Notes: generated from the letters alone by a model not told the origin. A DNA stretch of 64,000 bases from Anaerolineales bacterium (GCA_016785015.1 JADHTJ010000007.1:4615-68614); one strand, 5' to 3'; shown: positions 1-9,445, counted from the stretch's first letter. Numbers and translations are program-made.

Positions 1-2
1 TT

Positions 3-2018
3 TACCAGGATCTGATCAAACCTGCCCTCGTAGAAGCCGGTTTCGAGCCTTTTCGAGCTGATGAAGCGACAACCACTGGCGATATCCTCACCGACATGTT
101 CCAAGAACTTCTTCTGGCAGATTTGGCAATCTGCGATTTGAGCATCGATAATGCCAATGTATTCTACGAATTAGGCATTCGCCATGCCTTTCGCTCGCGC
201 GGCGTGGTGCATATCCAATCTGGGCGCGCCTACATGCCCTTCGATATTTTCAACGTGCGCACCATTCCCTACCATACCACTGATGAAGGTGTGCCCGATC
301 CCGAATTTCTAGAAAAAGATATTCAGGCAATTGCGCGGGTTTGCCGCGATACTTGGGCAACTGACCAGGATGCCATCCACAGCCCGGTCTTCAACCTGCT
401 TACAGGGCTTGAAGAGCCAGATCGAAAAACGTTGCGTACTCCTTTGGCGACCGGTTTTTGGCGTGAGTATAACGAGTGGAAAGAGCGCGTCACCATTTCT
501 CAACGCCAGAAGCGCATGGGCGATATTATGTTGCTCACTGAGGAGATCAGTAATCCATTAATCAAAGAGGAAGCTATTGGAGAGGCTGGTAAGGCACTAC
601 GTGGGATGGAACGCCATGAGTTAGCCTTGCAACAGTATCGGCAGGGGCTGGAGCTCAACTCCAAGAACACCGAATTCCGTCGACAAGAAGCTTTTCACTT
701 GAACCGACTTGGTCGTGTGGATGAAGCTATCGTTAAATTGGAGAGTTTGCTTGGTGATGAACCCAGCGATACTGAGGCGATAGCATATTTGGGACGCATC
801 TACAAAGATATGTGGACTGATTCCTGGCTGAATATTGGCGATGAAGGAATACGCCTAAAGGAAGCTTTTGAATCCTCTCACTGGTTGGTAAAGTCAATTG
901 TCACTTATCTCAAGGGGTTCTACTACGATCTGAATGAGTATTACCCTGGGATCAATGCACTCACCCTTGCAATTATTCTCGATCATTTGGCTGAACATTA
1001 TGACGAAGGTGATGATCCTGATGTTCAAGCTGTGCGCGATATTTTGCCAAATTTGAAAGGAACATTAGAATTCGCTCTAAAGAATATGGCACTGGATGAG
1101 GCCAGCGACTACTGGACTTTGGTTTCTTTAGCAGATTTGATGGTGATGACAGCAGACGAAGCTAAAATAGTCAAGCGAGCCTATAAGAAAGCCCTTACCG
1201 CGGCAAGGAAGAATATTTTCTTCTTACAATCATCAATCGACCAGCTGGGTATCCTCAGTTCTCTGTCATTACGACCAGAATTTGTGGAAGTGGGTGTCCA
1301 GGTTCTAAAAGATGAGATCCGTCGTATACGCAAAGAGCAACCTGAAGAAGAAAAACCCGAAGAAGAAGCAATAGTGGTCAAAGGCCAAGAATGGGTCATC
1401 TTGTTCACCGGGCATAAGATTGACAGAGAAGAACAAGAAGAAAAACGCTTCCTGCCTGAAATGGAGAAAGAGGCTCGAAAACGGATCGACGCTGCCCTAG
1501 ATAAATATAATATTGGAAAAGATGATTTGGGCGTCACTGCAGGAGCTGCATGTGGTGGAGAGATCATCTTCATTGAAGCTTGTCTTGAGCGCGATATGAA
1601 GGTCGAGGTGCATCTGCCCTTTAGTGAGCCCCAATATATCAAACGAAATGTCAGTTTTGCAGGGGATGAATGGGTGGAACGTTTTTATAATATCCGCAAC
1701 CACTCTGATGTCCAAATCAGCTTCCAGCTTGATCATGTAGGCAAAGTCAAAGCAGGTGATGATGCCTATGAGCGTAACAACCGTTGGTCGCTTTACTCCT
1801 CCATGATTCTTGGAATCGATCGCGTGCGCCTGATCGCTTTATGGGATGGAAAGACACAAGAAACCGATCGCGATGGCGCCCTCGTCAGTCACATGGTGGA
1901 AGAAATGCGTTATGTGGGTGGTTTTGTAGAGCATTTGAATACCACCAAGTTTGACTACTGGCAGGCCGGTGGCAAAGTCGGTGAGGCGTTAGACAAGCTT
2001 GCCTCTCTCGATTTATAA
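3..2018 (+). CDS. 5'-truncated DUF4071 (MAP3K TRAF-binding-like, TIR/deoxyribosyltransferase-like N-domain) / TPR protein with a C-terminal Rossmann-like (SLOG/LOG-type) domain
   Basis: The frame is open from the window edge (nt 3: YQDLIKPALVEAGFEPFRADE...), so the ORF-track Met at 96 is internal. The motif LLADLAICDLS..NANVFYELGIRHA is typical of the bacterial DUF4071 N-module. The middle is TPR-like helical (ALQQYRQGLELNSKN...AIAYLGRIYKDMW). The C-terminus reads GVTAGAACGGEIIFIEACLERDMKVEVHLPF...LIALWDGK. Confidence 0.55.
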   Translation, partial: YQDLIKPALVEAGFEPFRADEATTTGDILTDMFQELLLADLAICDLSIDNANVFYELGIRHAFRSRGVVHIQSGRAYMPFDIFNVRTIPYHTTDEGVPDPEFLEKDIQAIARVCRDTWATDQDAIHSPVFNLLTGLEEPDRKTLRTPLATGFWREYNEWKERVTISQRQKRMGDIMLLTEEISNPLIKEEAIGEAGKALRGMERHELALQQYRQGLELNSKNTEFRRQEAFHLNRLGRVDEAIVKLESLLGDEPSDTEAIAYLGRIYKDMWTDSWLNIGDEGIRLKEAFESSHWLVKSIVTYLKGFYYDLNEYYPGINALTLAIILDHLAEHYDEGDDPDVQAVRDILPNLKGTLEFALKNMALDEASDYWTLVSLADLMVMTADEAKIVKRAYKKALTAARKNIFFLQSSIDQLGILSSLSLRPEFVEVGVQVLKDEIRRIRKEQPEEEKPEEEAIVVKGQEWVILFTGHKIDREEQEEKRFLPEMEKEARKRIDAALDKYNIGKDDLGVTAGAACGGEIIFIEACLERDMKVEVHLPFSEPQYIKRNVSFAGDEWVERFYNIRNHSDVQISFQLDHVGKVKAGDDAYERNNRWSLYSSMILGIDRVRLIALWDGKTQETDRDGALVSHMVEEMRYVGGFVEHLNTTKFDYWQAGGKVGEALDKLASLDL

Positions 2019-2037
2019 TCACTCTTCACACGAACGC

Positions 2038-2068
2038 AAACAGGTCACCAATTTGGTGGCCTGTTTTT
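2038..2068 (+). terminator. Rho-independent terminator after the DUF4071/TPR gene
   Basis: 13-bp stem aaacaggtcacca / tggtggcctgttt (one G-U pair) followed by a T5 run, 20 nt after the stop codon. Confidence 0.65.
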
Positions 2069-2368
2069 CTTAACGCTTTGGCGTGTTGAGGGCGGAACCC
2101 CGAATTAGAAAACACCCGCTTTGCAAATGGAAACCGATGTATCCCAAACTTCGATACCACAGGCTTAACTTTGGGAACATATCAGTTTTCTTTCAATCTG
2201 GTCATGGAGTTGGACGTTATTGACTCAAAATGGAGTGAACCCGTTTTTAAGTTTTAGAAGTCGAGATTTCCAATCTCGCGTTCCCGCGTAACAATTGCGA
2301 ACGTAAGATTTATAAGAGTTTCAGGCGTCTGGAGAAGGAATCTAAAAGCCAAGGAAAGAAGATGTAAG

Positions 2369-2881
2369 ATGAATATTGAATTGAATAAACCACAACGCAT
2401 TGAACCGGGTCCGGGACAGGAATCAGTTTGGGATTTTCCGCGCCCGCCTCGAGTTGAACCTGTTGAAAAACTTGTCAAAGTGGTATTGAATGGTGTCACC
2501 ATCGCCGAAACTCGAAGTGCAAAGCGCGTCCTGGAGACAGCCAGCGCGCCCGTATACTATATTCCGCCTGAGGATATTCGTATGGATCTGCTTTCTCTTT
2601 CGCGAGGGGGCAGCACGCTCTGTGAGTGGAAAGGATATGCAGACTATATTGACGTGGAGGTCGAAGGAAAACGAGTCCCCAAGGCGGCCTGGTTCTACGC
2701 CAATCCCACTCAAGGGTATGAAAGTATTAAAGGTCACCTGGCTTTTTATGCCCAAAAGATGGATGCCTGTTACGTGGATGATGAAAGAGTCAGATCCCAG
2801 CCAGGCATATTTTATGGAGGTTGGGTGACCGATGATATTGTCGGACCGATCAAAGGTGAGCCAGGGTCCGAGGGGTGGTAG
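2369..2881 (+). CDS. DUF427 domain protein
   Basis: VWDFPRPPRVEP, APVYYIPPEDIRMDLL and CEWKGYADYIDV are the characteristic DUF427 motifs. Confidence 0.85.
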   Translation: MNIELNKPQRIEPGPGQESVWDFPRPPRVEPVEKLVKVVLNGVTIAETRSAKRVLETASAPVYYIPPEDIRMDLLSLSRGGSTLCEWKGYADYIDVEVEGKRVPKAAWFYANPTQGYESIKGHLAFYAQKMDACYVDDERVRSQPGIFYGGWVTDDIVGPIKGEPGSEGW

Positions 2882-2931
2882 GATTGTAGCATTTGGAGTA
2901 TTTACTCGGTAGGATGTCAAAGGAAAGTAGA

Positions 2932-4311
2932 ATGAAAAACCAATACGACATTTTCTGGATTGGAACCGGTCAGGCAACAGGTACCATTGTGCCGCGATTG
3001 GCTAAAGAGGGTAAAAAGGTTGCTTTGGCGGAGGGTGGCCGCTTTGGGGGCAGTTGCGTCAACTATGGCTGCACACCGACTAAGACCATCGTTGCCAGCG
3101 CTCGCGCAGCCCATATGGCGAGACGCGGGGCAGATTTTGGCGTGCAAACCGGTGAGATCAAAGTCGATTTTAGCAAAGTGATGCAGCGTCAAAACCATAT
3201 TCGCCATTCTACCAGTGAGGGTTTTGAGGGGTGGATGCGCGGTATGGAGAATGTTGATATTTACCCCCATTTTGCGGCCTTTGAAGATCCCCATACCGTT
3301 CGTGTGGGAGATGAGTCGATCCGGGCCGAAACCATTGTAATCAACGCTGGCGGACGCTCTAGGGTAGTGCCCATCGATGGCCTAGATCAGGTCGACTGGC
3401 TGGATAACGCCCGCCTGCTCGATTTGAAGGAACTGCCAGATCATTTGGTGATTGTCGGGGGCAGTTACATCAGTCTGGAATTTGCACAAGCCTTTCGCCG
3501 ACTGGGCAGCCAGGTTACAGTGCTTGAGGCCAGTTCGCAAATCATGTTCCGCGAAGATGAAGATATCGCTTTGGCTGCCCAAGAGATCTTGGAATCTGAG
3601 GGCATCAGCATCTATCTCAACGCCAGGGCTAAGCGGTTATCTCAAAACAGGCCGGGAGATATTGAGGTCCGTTTTGATCGTGACGGGCAAGATGTGCAAG
3701 TCAGAGGTAGCCATCTTTTGATGGCAGTAGGCCGTGTCCCTAACAGCGATCGCCTTAACCTGGACGCTGCAGGCGTGGAGGTTGATGAGCGCGGCTTTAT
3801 ACGCGTCAATGATGTCATGCAGACTAACCAACCGCATATCTTTGCTGTTGGCGATATTAACGGCGAAGGCGCTTTTACGCACACTTCGGTCAATGATGGC
3901 GAAATTTTCTGGGATTTTTACTCCGGCGCAGATGACCGCACCCTATCTCAGCGCATTCCTACGTACGCCATGTTCATCGACCCACCTTTGGGACGTGTGG
4001 GTATGAGCGAGAAAGAAGCCCGCCTCAGCGAACGCAATGTGCTCATGGCTACGCGATTGATGAAATCAATTTCTCGGGCGAAAGAAAAGGACGAAACTGC
4101 TGGCCTGATCAAGATTTTGGTGGATGCCGACACCGAGCAGTTCTTAGGCGCGACGATCCTGGGGGTGGGTGGGGATGAGATCGTCAACATGTTCACGCCA
4201 TTTATGTATGCCAAACAATCTTACAAACTCTTTCGTAAAGCCGTTTTAGCGCATCCCACCGTCGCCGAACTGATGCCCTGGATCTTGGATGATCTCAAAC
4301 CACTCATATGA
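2932..4311 (+). CDS. Class I pyridine nucleotide-disulfide oxidoreductase (MerA/Lpd-like flavoprotein)
   Basis: FAD fold YDIFWIGTGQATG; redox-active disulfide GGSCVNYGCTPTK; second Rossmann fold LVIVGGSYISLEFA; C-terminal dimerisation domain (HPTVAELM). The ORF-track start 2893 is a TTG. ATG 2932 with an upstream aggaaag places the FAD fold at the N-terminus. Confidence 0.85.
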   Translation: MKNQYDIFWIGTGQATGTIVPRLAKEGKKVALAEGGRFGGSCVNYGCTPTKTIVASARAAHMARRGADFGVQTGEIKVDFSKVMQRQNHIRHSTSEGFEGWMRGMENVDIYPHFAAFEDPHTVRVGDESIRAETIVINAGGRSRVVPIDGLDQVDWLDNARLLDLKELPDHLVIVGGSYISLEFAQAFRRLGSQVTVLEASSQIMFREDEDIALAAQEILESEGISIYLNARAKRLSQNRPGDIEVRFDRDGQDVQVRGSHLLMAVGRVPNSDRLNLDAAGVEVDERGFIRVNDVMQTNQPHIFAVGDINGEGAFTHTSVNDGEIFWDFYSGADDRTLSQRIPTYAMFIDPPLGRVGMSEKEARLSERNVLMATRLMKSISRAKEKDETAGLIKILVDADTEQFLGATILGVGGDEIVNMFTPFMYAKQSYKLFRKAVLAHPTVAELMPWILDDLKPLI

Positions 4312-4318
4312 AGATCAA

Positions 4319-4441
4319 TTAATTTAACTCATGTTACGCAACCTAAAGAGAAATATCCCTGAAAATAGGGGGTGGGGGCAAAACCCCCACCCCCTATTTT
4401 CAGGACTTTCCCGCTACGCGTGCGTAACATGAGTAATTTAA
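4319..4441. repeat. Nested palindromic intergenic element (outer arms ..ACTCATGTTACGCA / TGCGTAACATGAGT.., inner arms CCTGAAAATAGGGGGTGGGGG / CCCCCACCCCCTATTTTCAGG)
   Basis: Read directly in the sequence. It lies between convergent genes (reductase + and kinase -) and could act as a bidirectional terminator. Confidence 0.7.
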
Positions 4442-4646
4442 CACCGTTTACTTGACATTTTGAAATCTTGAACGCAGACAGCCGATATTTTGAGTTTGGT
4501 CAAAAAGGGGGATTAGCTATTACACTTGTCACGTTTGGGCTCTATGCCCGTCAGATCTAGGGCACAGTTGACATTCACATGCAGACGGCCAGATTGGCTT
4601 TGGAGATGTTTCCGAAAAAATGAACTTACAGCTCAGTTTTTGTTAT

Positions 4647-5939
4647 CTATTTGTCTGATTGCGGTATACCAACTTGCTCTACCAAATCAGTCAGGCTCTC
4701 TTGGGCCTCTTCGAACTCGTAGAGTGTGATCAGCCTTTGCAACTCTTTTAGTGCGGGCTGAAATTGTGGAGTTGGGATTTTCCCTCTCATATCTTTCAGA
4801 ATGCTCATGGCCAGGGAGTCTTTCTCTCCTAAATATTTAGACAGCTCTTGGAATAAAGGTGTTAATTCTTCGAGATCAAGGAACTTTTCTTTGGAGTTGG
4901 CAGGGGGATCGGGATCCTCTTCGGGAGTTTCAGAAAGCGCTTCCATGCCGGATTCTTCGGTAGGGTGCTCTTTGGAGACACGACCCAGTTCGAGCAGGAA
5001 AGAGAATGTACTGCCCTCACCCGGTTGGCTTTCCACAAGCATTTCCCCACCCATTTTCTTCACAATTTGCTTACTGAGGATCAACCCCATTCCCAGTCCG
5101 CCATACCTACGAGTTGCCGATCCGTCTATCTGAGTGAAAGGTTGAAATATACTCAAGAGTTCTTCTTCGGTCATGCCTATGCCCGTATCGCGGACAGCGA
5201 AGCTCAGGGTTACAGATTCATCTCCAACCTCAGCCATCTCAACAGAAACACTGATCTCCCCCTCAGTCGTGAATTTGATGGCATTTTCGGTCAGGTGGGT
5301 TAGTGCCTGTGACAGGCGCTCAGGGTCGCCTACTAATTTTCGGGGCACATTGGCTTCAGCAACGAAAGCGGCTTCCAGACCTTTCTCATAAGCTTTGGGG
5401 GCGTACTTCTCTGATAACGCATCTAACAGCTTATCAAGATTGAACGGGGTATTCACCAATTCAAGCTCGCCATTTTGCAAGCTGTTGAAATCCAGAATAG
5501 TATCAATGATGGATTTGAGCTTCCCTGTAGCAGATTTAAGTTGTCCCAATAATTCGGCGTCAAACGATGATAATTCAGATTCTTCGGCCAAGTAGATTAC
5601 ACTCATCAGCGCATTCAAGGGGGTGCGTAGTTCATGACTGACATTGGAGAGGAACTCTCTCTTGGCCTGATTAGCCAAGTCGGTTGCTGTGTGGGCTTCT
5701 TGGATAGATTTTTCAGCCCGCTTTTTCAGCCTAGTGCCGCGATTGCGCAGTAGCCCAAGGGCGAGCAGTAACGCCACTAGTGCGACTATGGCCCAAGGGG
5801 CGATATCGAGGAGATTTGGGCTTTTATATGAGATGGGAGAGCAGCCTGTTAGTGCAACTAATAAAAATGAGAGGACCAAGAATGGATGCAAACGACTTTG
5901 AAGAAGAACTTTTCGGAATGATACGAAATGAGTTTTCAT
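4647..5939 (-). CDS. Membrane sensor histidine kinase (HisKA + HATPase_c) with a ~100-aa C-terminal helical extension
   Basis: N-terminal TM segments; H-box FLSNVSHELRTPLNAL; G-boxes DTGIGM and GGLGMGLILSKQIV..GEGSTFSF. Confidence 0.9.
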   Translation of the reverse strand: MKTHFVSFRKVLLQSRLHPFLVLSFLLVALTGCSPISYKSPNLLDIAPWAIVALVALLLALGLLRNRGTRLKKRAEKSIQEAHTATDLANQAKREFLSNVSHELRTPLNALMSVIYLAEESELSSFDAELLGQLKSATGKLKSIIDTILDFNSLQNGELELVNTPFNLDKLLDALSEKYAPKAYEKGLEAAFVAEANVPRKLVGDPERLSQALTHLTENAIKFTTEGEISVSVEMAEVGDESVTLSFAVRDTGIGMTEEELLSIFQPFTQIDGSATRRYGGLGMGLILSKQIVKKMGGEMLVESQPGEGSTFSFLLELGRVSKEHPTEESGMEALSETPEEDPDPPANSKEKFLDLEELTPLFQELSKYLGEKDSLAMSILKDMRGKIPTPQFQPALKELQRLITLYEFEEAQESLTDLVEQVGIPQSDK

Positions 5940-6014
5940 AGAGTAACCATTTTAGCTTGTGCCGGTGTTTTTTTGTAGGGGTTCTATATTAAGGTTTCTT
6001 GGCTGAATCTGGCT

Positions 6015-6020
6015 TATAAT
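6015..6020 (+). promoter_or_regulatory. Possible -10 box (TATAAT) for the ABC exporter operon
   Basis: Perfect TATAAT about 40 nt upstream of ATG 6062. No convincing -35 box. Confidence 0.25.
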
Positions 6021-6061
6021 TGCTGCTGAAAATATAACAGACAATATCCAAGAGGAACACT

Positions 6062-6760
6062 ATGAGAATCGTAGAAACTGAAAATTTAACCCGAATATTT
6101 GGCAGCGGTGAGGCCCAAGTCACTGCCCTGGATGGCGTATCCTTGCATGTGGATACAGGTGAGTTTGTCGCTGTGATGGGCCCCAGCGGTTGCGGCAAGT
6201 CGACACTGTTGCACATGATTGGTGGGCTGGATCGCCCTACGGATGGGGTGGTTAAAATTGAAGGTAATGATCTGAATAGTATGGATGATGATGATCTGAC
6301 TGACTTGCGCCGAGAGCATATCGGGTTTATCTTTCAATTCTTCAATCTGATTCCGACACTTAGCGCACTAGATAATACGGCACTGCCATTGGTGTTGGGA
6401 GGTACAAAACCTGCCGATGCCCAGACCAAGGCTGAGGAATGGTTGAAGAAATTGGAAGTCGCCGACCGCAGCACGCACCGCCCCGACGAGCTTTCCGGCG
6501 GACAGCGTCAGCGGGTGGCCATCGCCCGGTCACTAGTAACCGATCCCACCCTGATCCTGGCTGACGAGCCAACGGGAAACCTCGATTCAAAGGCAACCCA
6601 AGAATTTGCCACGCTTCTGCGAGATATTGTCGACCGTTGGGAACGTAGTATTTTGCTGGTCACCCATGACCCCCGAATCTCCTCTTTTGCGGATCGCATC
6701 ATCCATATGGAAGATGGTCAAATTACAGAAGAGACCGATAACAATTTGAAGGAAGGTTAA
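6062..6760 (+). CDS. ABC transporter ATP-binding protein (MacB/LolD/FtsE-like)
   Basis: Walker A GPSGCGKST; signature LSGGQRQRVAIARSL; Walker B ILADEPTGNLD; H-loop VTHD. Confidence 0.95.
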   Translation: MRIVETENLTRIFGSGEAQVTALDGVSLHVDTGEFVAVMGPSGCGKSTLLHMIGGLDRPTDGVVKIEGNDLNSMDDDDLTDLRREHIGFIFQFFNLIPTLSALDNTALPLVLGGTKPADAQTKAEEWLKKLEVADRSTHRPDELSGGQRQRVAIARSLVTDPTLILADEPTGNLDSKATQEFATLLRDIVDRWERSILLVTHDPRISSFADRIIHMEDGQITEETDNNLKEG

Positions 6761-6762
6761 TC

Positions 6763-9318
6763 ATGCGCGAACTTCCTCTAGCTTGGAGTTATATCAAAGG
6801 CCGTCCCATCCGCACCACCATGACAATCCTGTCGATTGTGATTGGCGTGATGATGATGTTTGGTTTGAACGGTTTGGCCCCAGCGTTTCAAGACATGTTT
6901 GTTTCTAGTACTCAATCGATGGCGTTGTCGAACGTTGACCTGTATGTAACTCGCCGTGATGGTGGTTTTTTTCGGCAAGAATATCAGGGCAATGTAGGCT
7001 CGATAGCCGGGGTTGAGGCGACAGCCAGTTTGATCGCCCGTACAGTGGCTGCTCCACCCGATCACTACACGACTGCTGATGGTCGACCGATAAATACGAT
7101 TCAAGTATATGGCGTGGATTCTGCCAACACGGATGAATCTTTTAATATCGTCACAGCTGCTGGCCGTCGCTTGGCGGCCGGACGGCTTTTACAACCAGGC
7201 GATGGTCAGGTAGTGCTGATATCGGAGCTGTTTGCCGAGGGGTTGGGCGTCAGCGTTGGTGAAACTGTCCGGCTCCCAGGAGCCGGGGGCTGGATGAATT
7301 TCGAAGTTGTTGGTCTGTTGGCTGACCCCGGCATCATGCTAGGTAGTCAGCAAGTTTTTATGCCCCTCCAAGCAGCCCAAGATTTGCTAAACACCCCCAA
7401 TCGTGTCAACACGATTATGGGACGCTTTACCGAAGGTGCTGATGCCGTAGCCATTGAATCCGCAATGGAGGCGATGTTTGGACACGGTTATGAATATAGT
7501 CCATTAGAAGGTGGTTCCGATATCTGGGCCGCGCTGATGGAATTTGCATCCGTGATCTTTACTATGTTTGGCCTGCTCGCCTTAGCGATGGCCGGTATGA
7601 TCATGTTTAACACCTTCCGCACCAGTGTGGTGGAGCGCAAGCGAGATATCGGTATGCTGAGGGCTGTGGGAGCCAAGCGCAAAACAGTTATTCGTGCGAT
7701 CTTGGCTGAGGGCTTAATTTTGGCTGGGATGGGTACCGTGGTAGGTATGCTGCTCGGGGTCGGTTTTGGCTATGGTGCTAAGGCTACGCTGTCGGCAGTC
7801 TTCGAAAACCTGATGGGTAGACCGTTGGGTGATCCCAGATTTACCGTTTCGACATTCCTGGTAACGATTGCCTTTGGGTTAGGGATTCCCTTGCTCAGTG
7901 TATTGGTGCCCGCGCGCAGTGCCAGCACTATTACCCCCTTGGAAGCGATGCGCCCCGCAACAGTGGGGCAGGAAGCCGCCCTCAAGCGCAGCCGCCTGAT
8001 TGTTGGTTTTATCTGCTTGGTATTGGGTTTGGCCGGTTTGCTCAGCGGAATATTCCCATTGATGGCTTTAGGGAGTATATTATTCCTTTTGGCGCTAGGA
8101 CTTTTGGGTCCAATGCTGATCGGCCCTGTTACCAAGACGTTCAGCCGAATTCTGAATCTGGTCTTTGGTCAAGAGGGTGGAATCGCCGCTGGAAATATCG
8201 CTCGTCAGCCGCGCCGGGCTGCTATCACAGCCTCCTCGTTGATGATCGGCCTGGCGATCCTGATTGGTTTAGGCGGCATGCTAGCTTCAACATATGGGGG
8301 TGCGTTGCGTTTCTTGGATGCCAGCTTCCGCTCGGACTATATCATGATGCCCTCCCTGGTGGTCACTAACGATACTGTGGGTGCCGGTCCAGATCTGGCT
8401 GAAACCGTCAAGCGGATTCGGGGAGTGAAGGAGCTTACCACCATCCGGCAGATCGATATTTCAGATGCAGACGGCCTCGGTATCCGCCTGGTCGGCATTG
8501 ATCCGCTCAATTATGCCCGAATATCTGGTCTCTCCTTTTTAGAGGGAGATGAATCAGCCTATGCCGGAATGCAATCTGGTAATTCGGTCATCGTTAATGG
8601 CCGCTTTGCTTCTCAATATGGGACGATAATTGGGGATACGATCACCCTCGATGGTGATCATGGGCCGGTCAATGTTGAAGTCACTGCCATTGGTCTGGAT
8701 TACATCAATATGAAACTCCCCACCATTTTTGTCGAACAAACCACCCTGACCCGCGAATATGGGGTCCGCAATGACGTCTTCTTGATGGTCAACCACGAGT
8801 CTGGCGCCGATATGGAACAATTAGAAGAAGATCTCCAAGCGGCTACCCAAAACTATCCTGGTTTTGGGATTATTTCCCGAGAGCAGTTGTGGGAAAGTCA
8901 GAAACAGCTTACGGATGGAGCCACTGTTGGCGCGAATATCATGCTCTCATTGTTAGCCGCCCCGGCCCTGATCGGTCTGGCCAATGCCCTGGGCATCAAC
9001 GTCATCGAGCGCACCCGTGAAATTGGGATGCTGCGCGCTGTCGGAGCCAAGCGGCGTCAAATCCGCCGCATGGTGATCGCAGAGAGTTTACTGCTTTGTT
9101 TGATGGGCATCGCACTGGGGGTGGTCGCTGGCATTATGTTGAGTTTTGTGATGACCGGTGTCCTGGAATTTGCGGGGATGCGTATCCCTTACGAATTCCC
9201 TGGGATGGGTGTGCTCACCGCCGTCGCTGCAGGGTTGATCTGCGGTATCCTGGCCGCGCTAATCCCTGCTCGCCGCGCTTCTGACTTGCAAATTGTGGCT
9301 GCTTTGGCGTACGAATAA
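6763..9318 (+). CDS. ABC transporter permease with two FtsX/MacB-type domains
   Basis: 851 aa. Two copies of the FtsX-type motif (ERKRDIGMLRAVGAKRKTV and ERTREIGMLRAVGAKRRQI), each followed by TM helices, plus large extracytoplasmic loops. Starts 2 nt after the ATPase stop. Confidence 0.9.
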   Translation: MRELPLAWSYIKGRPIRTTMTILSIVIGVMMMFGLNGLAPAFQDMFVSSTQSMALSNVDLYVTRRDGGFFRQEYQGNVGSIAGVEATASLIARTVAAPPDHYTTADGRPINTIQVYGVDSANTDESFNIVTAAGRRLAAGRLLQPGDGQVVLISELFAEGLGVSVGETVRLPGAGGWMNFEVVGLLADPGIMLGSQQVFMPLQAAQDLLNTPNRVNTIMGRFTEGADAVAIESAMEAMFGHGYEYSPLEGGSDIWAALMEFASVIFTMFGLLALAMAGMIMFNTFRTSVVERKRDIGMLRAVGAKRKTVIRAILAEGLILAGMGTVVGMLLGVGFGYGAKATLSAVFENLMGRPLGDPRFTVSTFLVTIAFGLGIPLLSVLVPARSASTITPLEAMRPATVGQEAALKRSRLIVGFICLVLGLAGLLSGIFPLMALGSILFLLALGLLGPMLIGPVTKTFSRILNLVFGQEGGIAAGNIARQPRRAAITASSLMIGLAILIGLGGMLASTYGGALRFLDASFRSDYIMMPSLVVTNDTVGAGPDLAETVKRIRGVKELTTIRQIDISDADGLGIRLVGIDPLNYARISGLSFLEGDESAYAGMQSGNSVIVNGRFASQYGTIIGDTITLDGDHGPVNVEVTAIGLDYINMKLPTIFVEQTTLTREYGVRNDVFLMVNHESGADMEQLEEDLQAATQNYPGFGIISREQLWESQKQLTDGATVGANIMLSLLAAPALIGLANALGINVIERTREIGMLRAVGAKRRQIRRMVIAESLLLCLMGIALGVVAGIMLSFVMTGVLEFAGMRIPYEFPGMGVLTAVAAGLICGILAALIPARRASDLQIVAALAYE

Positions 9319-9350
9319 ACTAACACTCCTGAGTCCACTCTGTAGACAAG

Positions 9351-9395
9351 AAAAGAGCCGCTCGATTGATTATTCAGCCGAGCGGCTCTGTTTTG
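9351..9395. terminator. Bidirectional terminator between convergent genes
   Basis: Perfect 11-bp stem agagccgctcg / cgagcggctct flanked by A-run and T-run. Confidence 0.7.
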
Positions 9396-9445
9396 TATTA
9401 CTTCGAACTCTATTGGTCTGGATTCTTTGATATATAAAAGGGTTG

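Noticed and set aside
2423-2977. 184-aa ORF antisense to the DUF427 gene (similar long antisense ORFs at 1181..1642, 13912..14331, 34156..34740, 39702..40253, 57245..57724 and 60755..61138).
   Set aside because: Each lies fully opposite a gene with strong, recognisable family motifs. Each has a low-complexity, Ser/Arg/Pro-rich composition typical of the reverse frame of coding DNA. I could see no RBS or family resemblance.
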